Virus record (IMG/VR): IMGVR_UViG_3300034157_000063
Reading direction: 5' to 3' (one strand)
From: a virus
Taxonomy: Duplodnaviria > Heunggongvirae > Uroviricota > Caudoviricetes
Length of the DNA: 42,916 bases
In this document: piece after piece, positions 17,772-25,084 of the stretch
Layout of the letters: every line of letters starts with the position of its first letter
How positions within the stretch are numbered: the first letter of the stretch is position 1
Made by a program: the position numbers and the translations under genes
Notes under the pieces: generated by a model
The model's input: only the letters and a program-made list of their open reading frames with translations
Told to the model about the DNA's origin: nothing
Databases searched by the model: none

Positions 17772-18497
17772 TTATTTAATATTTAATTTTTTTAACATAC
17801 AGCCATTAGTGTCAAGATATTCAGTGCTGTTCTTATATGTAAAACCATAATGTTGCAATAGTTCTATCATATCAGTAATGGATAATTTTTTTGTAAAATC
17901 ATTGCTATCAACTTCAAAATGATATTCGTCAACCTTATCAAAATATTCTGGTAGTATTTCTTTTAAAATATCACTGACATATAAGTCTGGCTCAGAATTA
18001 AGGCTGTCGTAAAACACAATACATAACGAATCTCTTCCATCTATTAGCATCGGCGTATCTAAACCCTTGGTTATAAATTTAGACATGTTATTATAGGTTT
18101 CATAGGGAAAGTAAAAATAAAATTCATTAGCAACCTTCACTTTATCTTCAAGTGACAACCTTGATGTTTCTTTCATAAATATTGCCATTGCTTCTTCTTC
18201 ATCATCGCCTTCATCGTTTTCAAGACGCTTAATATTCTTTTTTATAAACTTTTTGGCGTTAAACTCTTTTGGTTCATCAGATTTAGCTTTCTCAACTATA
18301 TCAGACTCGTTTACTACGGAGAGATGACCTAAGACATCTTCTTTGATAAGACAAGTTTCATCATTAAATTTAAAAACGCGAATAACATCGCCATTGGCAT
18401 CTTTATATTTTCGATCTCGCTTGATGTTTACAGTGGATGTCAGTCCAAATTGATCTTTAATGTAATTTTTGCAATCTTCTGTTGTAATCTTACTCAT
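17772..18497 (-). CDS. MSKIT family protein, paralog
   Basis: MSKITTEDCKNYIKD...KRDRKYKDANGDVIRVF. Confidence 0.8.
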   Translation of the reverse strand: MSKITTEDCKNYIKDQFGLTSTVNIKRDRKYKDANGDVIRVFKFNDETCLIKEDVLGHLSVVNESDIVEKAKSDEPKEFNAKKFIKKNIKRLENDEGDDEEEAMAIFMKETSRLSLEDKVKVANEFYFYFPYETYNNMSKFITKGLDTPMLIDGRDSLCIVFYDSLNSEPDLYVSDILKEILPEYFDKVDEYHFEVDSNDFTKKLSITDMIELLQHYGFTYKNSTEYLDTNGCMLKKLNIK

Positions 18498-18528
18498 ATT
18501 ATTTTTCCTACTGGTAGTTAATGATGGT

Positions 18529-19248
18529 TTATTTTAAATTTAGGTGTTTGAGCATACAATCATCTTCTTCACCAAAAAACTCTGGGCAATTTTTGTATGA
18601 AAATCCAAGGCTATCAAATAACGTAATGACATCATTAATCGTCATATCTTTATTGGTATTATTACGTTTCATTTCGAAAATATTTTCATCAACCTTTTCG
18701 AAAAAAGTAGGAATAATAACTTTTACAATTTCATCAAGGTATAATTCAGGATCAGAAGATAAGCTATCATGGAAAAAGATCCCATAAGTCAGCGTTTCAT
18801 ATTTTCCAGATCTAAACATGGGCGTATCAAGTCCATTTGTAACGGAATCTACATCATTGTCATAAACCAATGGGAAACAATAATAAAACTCATTTGCTAA
18901 TTTTAGCTTATCTTCTGCAGATAGCCTTTTACCTTCCTCTAAATATTCATGTGAGACTTCAATCTCATCATTTTCATCATCGCTCAGTTTTTTAATGTAT
19001 TTTTTGAGAAAACTTTTGGCATTAAAGTTTTTTTCTTTTTGAGTAACCATTGCTTCAGTTACTATTGATAACTGGCCTTTATTGTCTTCTTTGATAAGAT
19101 AGGTATCGAGATTATTGATGAGAAAAACACGAATAACATCACCATTCGCATCTTTATATTTTCTATCTCGTTTGATGTTGGCCGTTGAACTAAGGCCAAG
19201 GATGTCTTTAATAAAATTTTTGCAGTCTTCTGTTGTTATTTTGCTCAT
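18529..19248 (-). CDS. MSKIT family protein, paralog
   Basis: N-terminus nearly identical to the 17772 ORF. Confidence 0.8.
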   Translation of the reverse strand: MSKITTEDCKNFIKDILGLSSTANIKRDRKYKDANGDVIRVFLINNLDTYLIKEDNKGQLSIVTEAMVTQKEKNFNAKSFLKKYIKKLSDDENDEIEVSHEYLEEGKRLSAEDKLKLANEFYYCFPLVYDNDVDSVTNGLDTPMFRSGKYETLTYGIFFHDSLSSDPELYLDEIVKVIIPTFFEKVDENIFEMKRNNTNKDMTINDVITLFDSLGFSYKNCPEFFGEEDDCMLKHLNLK

Positions 19249-19349
19249 GTGATGACTCCATTTTGGTCTTTATAATAGCATAAAATATGAAGTTATGTCA
19301 AAGCATTTAGATCTATGCTAGAAAAGATTCCTAGCATAGTTTCTATTAT

Positions 19350-19835
19350 TTAAAAGTAGACTGTTTCTGTGGATGTTGTAACAATTTCATGCTCTACAAT
19401 GGTTAGTCCTAATATTTCTAGCGGCTTTTTTAAAGAATCAATTTGAACACCTACTTGAACTTCACTGTTATCTTCTATTTCTTCAGCTATACTTTCCCAG
19501 TTATCATAGAACAACTTAGCTCTGTTAATAAGAACATCAATAATTTCATCGGTTGGTTTTTCTCTGGTGTTGATAGTTAACACCTTATCATCTGAACTAC
19601 AATGAAAAGCACAATACATAGAATCCTTTTTTATAGAGTTAGACTTCCACCAATCCATGAACTTTATATCACTGTATTTGTAATAATCAGCAACTATATA
19701 GCTTTCATCATAAAACTCTTCATTTCTCTCATAGTCATCGCTATGAGTCCCTGTTAAATATGCTCCAAAAATATTTACTATTGAATAAATACTTTGGTTG
19801 CATTTTATTTTTACATCATATTCATATTTATGCAT
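19350..19835 (-). CDS. Hypothetical acidic protein
   Basis: 161-aa ORF with SD GGAG. Confidence 0.7.
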   Translation of the reverse strand: MHKYEYDVKIKCNQSIYSIVNIFGAYLTGTHSDDYERNEEFYDESYIVADYYKYSDIKFMDWWKSNSIKKDSMYCAFHCSSDDKVLTINTREKPTDEIIDVLINRAKLFYDNWESIAEEIEDNSEVQVGVQIDSLKKPLEILGLTIVEHEIVTTSTETVYF

Positions 19836-19968
19836 TTAAAGCTCCTATAAAAGCTTGCATTATATATAGTCTTCATTCTAAAATCAAGTTTTTAATTTCT
19901 TTTGTTCGTTGAATGTGATTGAAATATTAACCATTTTATGATATAATCCATCAAATTATGGAGTATCT

Positions 19969-20757
19969 ATGAACGACAATAAGATTCCACAACCGATTGC
20001 TGACTTATTTGACTCTCGTTACCCGAAAAGCAAATTTGAGTCCAAATCGATCAATGATATTATCATTTTCAAATCTACCTTTGATAAAGAAAAACAGTTT
20101 GTTGACTTTATTTTTAAGAAAAATTCCATTACTACCATAAAAACTAATAACAAATATCTTCCAGAAGTTAAAAAGCTTTTGTCTATTAATAAGATGAAAC
20201 GTAGTGACTTTAAGATTATAGACGATTTTTTTACTATAATAAATTTAAATAGTAATTTTAACAAAATTTTTTACACTGAAAACAGAGTGCTTCCCACTGA
20301 AATTTGTTCTTTCAAACGTGAAGGTACGACATCTTCCTTTACATTACCTTTTATTGCTAACACACATTCTCGCACTTATCTTATCACTAAGATCAGAAAA
20401 AGTTATTTTATGTATTACTTAGAAAATCATTTTAAAATGACCAGAGATGGGACGATCTTGATTGTGCCTATGATTACCTTGTTTGAACATCAGAAAAATG
20501 AACATGTCTTTGCCTTTAATATTTATGACCAGTCTATTCATCGTATTCGTAATGAAGAATTTTACTTTGAAGATTTATTTGAAAACAATGAGCCGTTTAA
20601 CCCAGAATATCATGGTGATATTTTTGTCGATGAATATATTGATAACTACATTCTTAATACACTTGACGATGATGATGAAATTAGAGAATCCCTTATTGTA
20701 TTGCCAAGGGATCGTCTGAGTGAAAAAGTAGACATCCTTTCTATGTATATGATTTAA
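19969..20757 (+). CDS. Hypothetical protein
   Basis: SD GGAG; ends EKVDILSMYMI. Confidence 0.75.
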   Translation: MNDNKIPQPIADLFDSRYPKSKFESKSINDIIIFKSTFDKEKQFVDFIFKKNSITTIKTNNKYLPEVKKLLSINKMKRSDFKIIDDFFTIINLNSNFNKIFYTENRVLPTEICSFKREGTTSSFTLPFIANTHSRTYLITKIRKSYFMYYLENHFKMTRDGTILIVPMITLFEHQKNEHVFAFNIYDQSIHRIRNEEFYFEDLFENNEPFNPEYHGDIFVDEYIDNYILNTLDDDDEIRESLIVLPRDRLSEKVDILSMYMI

Positions 20758-20836
20758 ACATGTTGCCTATAATTTAAATTGACAAAAATTGTTACATGAT
20801 ATAATATTGCATCACTTTTATTATAGGAGAATTATT

Positions 20837-21064
20837 ATGTTTTATGTCTATCATGGCTATGTTTCACCCGACAACTACGATTCAAGCGAACGTCCTACTT
20901 ATCAACTTAGTTCTTTTCATACCGAAGATGAAGTCATAGCATTTAAAGAAGAGTTTGAAGCAGATCTTCATGATGAATGTATGAAACCTATTTTCAGAGT
21001 CATTACTGGTAGAGAAATGTCATTGAAACCCGTAGAAACCGTCACTACTTGGAAACTGTCATAA
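20837..21064 (+). CDS. Small hypothetical protein
   Basis: Start ATG 20837 after AGGAG. Confidence 0.7.
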   Translation: MFYVYHGYVSPDNYDSSERPTYQLSSFHTEDEVIAFKEEFEADLHDECMKPIFRVITGREMSLKPVETVTTWKLS

Positions 21065-21078
21065 CTTAGGAGTTATCT

Positions 21079-21984
21079 ATGCACTATATTAAGTATGTAT
21101 TAAGCTTTATCTTATTACTGGCATTGGCTGGTTGTAATGATGATAAACATGTCGATTATGAAAAGAATAATTTAACATCAAGTGATATTGATACTGCAAT
21201 GACTTATTTTAATCAAAAATTAATCGAGACTTTAGCTGAAGCTAAGAGTTTAAAAGACCCTTTTGATGCCTATGTTCTCTTAGTAAAAGCTTATTATGGT
21301 GCAGACAGCAATCGAAAACCTATTTCTTACACAGTGCCATCAAAAAATATTATTCTTACTCAATCTAGATTTGCAGTCTCTGGTACAATTGAAGTTCCCT
21401 ATGGTGATGATAAATTTTTGATTAACTTAACCGATAGAAAAGAAGCCCTATCTCTTTTATTTGATTCGCTAGACTCCGCATTAGCACAAGGAAACAAGAA
21501 AGCATTTATTGACCTATATGATTCCAAAAAATCATATTTTGAAAATGATATACAAAGTCTTAAAAAAGTAGAACAACTACAAATCAAATATGCACCCGCT
21601 TTTATGACAATGGCCGAATCACTTTCAGTCGGTGACCCTCTTGATGATGAACTTATTCTTCTATACGCTTATCAAAATAATAAAGGATTCTTCTATACCA
21701 AAAACTCAGCTAAGGCTGTTGACTATTACCAAAAACTTTACCCTACTAACAAAACAGTAGCCCTATACATTATTGGTGTGTATCTTGAAATCAATGATTT
21801 TGAGAATGCCTATTTCTGGAAGGTTCGTTGTATAGATACGTGTGCTAATATGTATGACACCTTATATGCTCCTATTGCTAAAAGGACTAAGGTAGATGAT
21901 ATATTTAGAGAAAGACTAAATAGCACTCAATTTAAAGAAATTGAGAAAGCTTCTAATGATCCATCGAGAACCAGTTTTAAATAA
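21079..21984 (+). CDS. Lipoprotein with Sel1-like repeat
   Basis: Lipobox LAGC; YQNNKGFFYTKNSAKAVDYYQK and FENAYFW are Sel1/TPR-like. Confidence 0.75.
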   Translation: MHYIKYVLSFILLLALAGCNDDKHVDYEKNNLTSSDIDTAMTYFNQKLIETLAEAKSLKDPFDAYVLLVKAYYGADSNRKPISYTVPSKNIILTQSRFAVSGTIEVPYGDDKFLINLTDRKEALSLLFDSLDSALAQGNKKAFIDLYDSKKSYFENDIQSLKKVEQLQIKYAPAFMTMAESLSVGDPLDDELILLYAYQNNKGFFYTKNSAKAVDYYQKLYPTNKTVALYIIGVYLEINDFENAYFWKVRCIDTCANMYDTLYAPIAKRTKVDDIFRERLNSTQFKEIEKASNDPSRTSFK

Positions 21985-21997
21985 TCTAACATACCGC

Positions 21998-22026
21998 TTG
22001 AATTATTTTAAGCGGGCTGTTATAAT
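21998..22026 (+). promoter_or_regulatory. sigma70 promoter of the Ser/Tyr leader
   Basis: TTGAAT-N17-TATAAT with extended -10 (TGtTATAAT); overlapped by inverted repeat CCGCTTGAA...TTTTAAGCGG. Confidence 0.8.
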
Positions 22027-22060
22027 GGATACTATTATTTACTTTGTGGAGAAATACAAA

Positions 22061-22111
22061 ATGAAACCTACATTTGCTGTATCCTATTATTATTCATCAT
22101 ATTCTAGTTAA
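22061..22111 (+). CDS. Putative attenuator leader peptide MKPTFAVSYYYSSYSS
   Basis: SD GGAG 22048-22051; codons 8-16 are TCC TAT TAT TAT TCA TCA TAT TCT AGT, then TAA. Confidence 0.8.
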   Translation: MKPTFAVSYYYSSYSS

Positions 22112-22200
22112 CTGACCAGAGTAGAGGTCAGTTATGGCCTCGAATTCTTGGATAGTAATTATCTTAGACCCTTTGAAGGCCACCTTCAGAGGGTTTTTTT
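22109..22200 (+). promoter_or_regulatory. Attenuator RNA structure (pause hairpin, antiterminator, terminator)
   Basis: 9-bp hairpin TAACTGACC/GGTCAGTTA (22109-22134); TGGCCTCGAA (22135-22144) complementary to TTTGAAGGCCA (22172-22182); terminator overlaps that segment. Confidence 0.75.
22168..22200 (+). terminator. Intrinsic terminator (attenuator terminator)
   Basis: ACCCTTTGAAGG-CCA-CCTTCAGAGGGT (12 bp, one G-U) ending in a run of 7 T. Confidence 0.9.
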
Positions 22201-22290
22201 ATGTCCATAGTGGCAGGGTTAAGTTCAACCTAAAATAATGTAAGTTATTGATTTAAAAAGAAAACAGTTGAAAATAATTTAAAATAGTTG

Positions 22291-22319
22291 TTGACAAAGA
22301 CGAAAGAAGTTGATAGAAT
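22291..22319 (+). promoter_or_regulatory. Second, strong sigma70 promoter for the tRNA array with an A/T-rich UP-like element
   Basis: TTGACA-N17-TAGAAT preceded by AAAATAATTTAAAATAG. Confidence 0.8.
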
Positions 22320-22371
22320 GTTAAACATGAAGAGTTGAGAAGCAAAACGAAAAACTCTTAGTAACACAAAT

Positions 22372-22459
22372 GGAAGATTGGTCGAGTGGCCGATGGCGTC
22401 AGTCTTGAAAACTGAAGGGTGTAATAGCTCCGTGAGTTCGAATCTCACATCTTCCTCCA
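22372..22459 (+). tRNA. tRNA-Ser(UGA), atypical U73 discriminator
   Basis: Acceptor GGAAGAT/ATCTTCC, anticodon arm TCAGT-CTTGAAA-ACTGA, long variable arm, TTCGAAT T-loop, encoded CCA. Confidence 0.95.
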
Positions 22460-22481
22460 AATTTAGTTGTAACTGTATTAT

Positions 22482-22564
22482 GGGTGTTTGGCAGAGTGGC
22501 CGAATGCGACGGGCTGTAAACCCGTATCGAGAGACGCGGAGGTTCGAATCCTTCAGCACCCACC
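22482..22564 (+). tRNA. tRNA-Tyr(GUA)
   Basis: GGGTGTT/AGCACCC, ACGGG-CTGTAAA-CCCGT, A73-CCA. Confidence 0.95.
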
Positions 22565-22586
22565 AAATTAGATGTAAATAGTATAT

Positions 22587-22674
22587 GGAAGCTTGGCCGA
22601 GTGGTTTAAGGCAACAGTCTTGAAAACTGTCGAGTGTAACAGCTCCGTGAGTTCGAATCCCACAGCTTCCGCCA
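22587..22674 (+). tRNA. tRNA-Ser(UGA)
   Basis: GGAAGCT/AGCTTCC, ACAGT-CTTGAAA-ACTGT, G73-CCA. Confidence 0.97.
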
Positions 22675-22697
22675 AATTAGATACAATGTTTTATTAT

Positions 22698-22781
22698 GGG
22701 GGCTTCGCATAGAGGCCGATTGCGGGAGACTGTAAATCTTCATCGAGAGACACGGTGGTTCGAATCCATCAGCCCCCACCA
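22698..22781 (+). tRNA. tRNA-Tyr(GUA)
   Basis: GGGGGCT/AGCCCCC, GGAGA-CTGTAAA-TCTTC, A73-CCA. Confidence 0.95.
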
Positions 22782-22807
22782 AATTTAGATACAATAGTAA
22801 CAACAAT

Positions 22808-22896
22808 GGACGCCTTTCCTGTCAGCGGTCTGTAAAACCGCCGCCTTAATAAGACAGGTCGGTTGGCGTGAGGTTCGAATCCTTGGGCGTCCACCA
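22808..22896 (+). ncRNA. D-arm-less tRNA-Tyr(GUA)-like RNA with an expanded variable region
   Basis: GGACGCC/GGCGTCC acceptor, GCGGT-CTGTAAA-ACCGC anticodon arm, TGAGG-TTCGAAT-CCTTG T arm, ACCA end; only 10 nt where the D arm should be; 27-nt variable region. Confidence 0.85.
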
Positions 22897-22917
22897 AATT
22901 AGTTGTAAACCGTATAT

Positions 22918-23005
22918 GGAAGCTTGGCCGAGTGGTTTAAGGCAACAGTCTTGAAAACTGTCGAGTGTAACAGCTCCGTGAGTTCGAATCCCACAGCTTC
23001 CGCCA
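22918..23005 (+). tRNA. tRNA-Ser(UGA), identical copy of 22587-22674
   Basis: 88-nt exact repeat by eye comparison. Confidence 0.97.
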
Positions 23006-23011
23006 AATTAT

Positions 23012-23062
23012 GGGGAGAAGGGTTGGTTTTTATTTATAGAAGCCGATATCCGCTACCCACCA
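23012..23062 (+). ncRNA. Candidate 51-nt minihelix-like RNA ending in ACCA
   Basis: Begins AT|GG like the other array units; GGGGAG/CTACCC acceptor-like stem (one mismatch); TTGGTTTTT/AGAAGCCGA stem; ACCA 3' end. Confidence 0.45.
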
Positions 23063-23081
23063 TTTCATCGTCAAAAACTTG

Positions 23082-23109
23082 AAGAACAACGCAATGTTGT
23101 TCTTTTTTT
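23082..23109 (+). terminator. Terminator closing the tRNA array
   Basis: AAGAACAAC-GCAAT-GTTGTTCTT plus T-run. Confidence 0.85.
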
Positions 23110-23219
23110 GTTTTCAATTTATTTAAAACCACTCAAATTTTATTAATTCAAAACATTCTTGTAGACCAAACCTTAAAAATATCATAAGATATTAAAATAA
23201 ACTAGAAAAGGTTTGTTTA

Positions 23220-24122
23220 ATGTATCAATTACAATCATTTGCAAAAAATGAAAAAGGCAGAGACTTCATTGTGGGTGATATACATGGTATGTATGACTCA
23301 TTAATGAAACTTCTCGAATCCGTTAACTTCGATAAAAACATTGATCGACTATTTTCTGTGGGTGATTTAATAGATCGCGGCCCCAAATCAATGGAAGTGC
23401 TTTACCTTAATAACCAGAGTTGGTTTTTCTCCGTATTAGGGAATCATGAAACCATGTTGCTCACTGGTCATTTATCGTATTCAAAAGATTGGGTGACGAA
23501 TTTAAGTAAAAAACAAAAAGAAAAATGTCTGGATATTATCAAGACCTTACCGATTGCTATTGAAATAGAAACCAGTCTTGGCCCTATTGGATTGGTTCAT
23601 GCACAAGTGCCTACCCAGTTCAATGACTGGCATGAGTTCAAACACTATCTCACTGCAGCTAACCTATCCTATGAAATGAGTTCTATTAATGATTCTGGTA
23701 GTGTGATTAGAGATGCATTGTGGGGGAGAAAGCGTATTTACAGAGAATTGAAAAAGAATGGCACCGCCTTTGCCAGAAAAGCTTACATCAAATTTATTAA
23801 AGATGGCTTATGGAATAGAACGACCTTATACAGAATCATTACAACCCGAAAAACATTGCCTTACATCAAGCATGGGATATCATTCTCATTCAGATACATC
23901 ATTGAAAAATTTAAGCGAAAATTACATCATCAAAGTTATATCGACAATATAGCCTATACCTTTCATGGACACACACCTGTTAAGAAACCATTACTGTTAG
24001 GTAACCAGTTCTTTATAGATACGGGTGCTGTGTATGGAATGAAGAAAAACAAACAAGGATCTTTAACCATGATAGAAATTTGTGAGGATCTGAAAGTCCA
24101 CACATTAATTATCGACCAATAA
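23220..24122 (+). CDS. Calcineurin-like metallophosphoesterase (lambda NinI/PphA-type Ser/Thr phosphatase)
   Basis: GDIHG, VGDLIDRGP, LGNHE, VHA, LWGR, HGHT, IDTGA. Confidence 0.9.
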   Translation: MYQLQSFAKNEKGRDFIVGDIHGMYDSLMKLLESVNFDKNIDRLFSVGDLIDRGPKSMEVLYLNNQSWFFSVLGNHETMLLTGHLSYSKDWVTNLSKKQKEKCLDIIKTLPIAIEIETSLGPIGLVHAQVPTQFNDWHEFKHYLTAANLSYEMSSINDSGSVIRDALWGRKRIYRELKKNGTAFARKAYIKFIKDGLWNRTTLYRIITTRKTLPYIKHGISFSFRYIIEKFKRKLHHQSYIDNIAYTFHGHTPVKKPLLLGNQFFIDTGAVYGMKKNKQGSLTMIEICEDLKVHTLIIDQ

Positions 24123-24126
24123 TGGA

Positions 24127-24501
24127 TTATTTTGTTGTATAAATTTCTGTTAGTCTTTCAAAAAGAATACCTACATTTAAAGTTTTTTCAATGTAATCAG
24201 TATAATCACCATGTTTACCAAAATCAGTGACTTTCTTTTCAGACCACAAGCCTTGTTCAGTCAATTGCTTATACTGAGCAGCATTGATAGTGGGAGCAAT
24301 AAGCTCAATTATTTCACCAAAAATCTCACTTTCTGGATCGCCTTCATCTTCGATTTCAAATTGATCATCTGAGTAATCTGCATGACTACCACCTACTCCA
24401 CCAATGACCCATCTATACTGGATAGGTGATTTATCAAGATCGTGGATAGGCTTTATTGCAGCAATAAGATCATTCACATCTTTAATTTTTTTTACATTCA
24501 T
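24127..24501 (-). CDS. Hypothetical protein
   Basis: 124-aa ORF with W..GG..G and YTDY motifs. Confidence 0.7.
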   Translation of the reverse strand: MNVKKIKDVNDLIAAIKPIHDLDKSPIQYRWVIGGVGGSHADYSDDQFEIEDEGDPESEIFGEIIELIAPTINAAQYKQLTEQGLWSEKKVTDFGKHGDYTDYIEKTLNVGILFERLTEIYTTK

Positions 24502-24627
24502 GGTTCACACCCTTTTTGAAAGCTAATAATACAATATGTAACCTTTAAAATCAACATTATTATAGTAATTATTGCCAATATAAAGGTTTTATGGTATAAT
24601 AACCATCTAATTTCAGGAGTTAATCAT

Positions 24628-25029
24628 ATGTCTACAGAACGCAGTGCAGTATTGGTCATTGGCTGGCAACATAACGATGTTACTAGTTTGACAGACAAAC
24701 TCTATCCTATTGCTCGTAAATTCGAGATCGAACACGATACTGATGACTTGCCTAATATCCTCAGCGAAGACTATGCTCATCTCTTTACAAAGCCTATGAC
24801 AAAAGAACTGAAAGCCTACTGCAAAGAACATGAAATTGAAATCGTGGCGGGTGCTGATGGTGACGAAGGTGGTTCTTGGTATTTCGGTTTTGGTATTCCT
24901 TATGTTCAAGGCAAGCCTGTTACTGACTTCTTAACACTTGTTCATGACCTCAGCACTGTGCTGAAAAACTCCGTAGAAGGTATTGAAATCAGTGAACCAA
25001 AAGTCTACAACGTGATTAGTTGGTTCTAA
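24628..25029 (+). CDS. Hypothetical protein
   Basis: SD AGGAG and upstream TGgTATAAT. Confidence 0.75.
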   Translation: MSTERSAVLVIGWQHNDVTSLTDKLYPIARKFEIEHDTDDLPNILSEDYAHLFTKPMTKELKAYCKEHEIEIVAGADGDEGGSWYFGFGIPYVQGKPVTDFLTLVHDLSTVLKNSVEGIEISEPKVYNVISWF

Positions 25030-25044
25030 TCAAATTTAATGTAT

Positions 25045-25072
25045 AAAAAAAGCTCCTTTCTAGGAGCTTTTT
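25045..25072. terminator. Bidirectional terminator
   Basis: AAAAAAAGCTCCT-TTCT-AGGAGCTTTTT. Confidence 0.8.
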
Positions 25073-25084
25073 CTTTGTCAACGA

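Noticed and set aside
20779-20805. TTGACA...TATAAT promoter
   Set aside because: The spacer is only 15 nt; it may work as an extended -10 promoter but was not called.
22201-22233. 10-codon ORF MSIVAGLSST just after the attenuator terminator
   Set aside because: No usable SD (preceded by the U-tract) and too short to support; it might be a remnant but nothing shows that.
22353-22366. ACTCTTAGTAACA resembling rrn boxA (TGCTCTTTAACA)
   Set aside because: Several mismatches and an indel, and it is partly within the leader hairpin.
22245-22806. Track ORFs overlapping the tRNA array (22245-22559, 22378-22581, 22606-22806)
   Set aside because: Shadow ORFs across tRNA genes.
22372-23062. Repeat-spacer periodicity suggesting a CRISPR array
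   Set aside because: The units are tRNAs with cloverleaf features; no cas genes are present.
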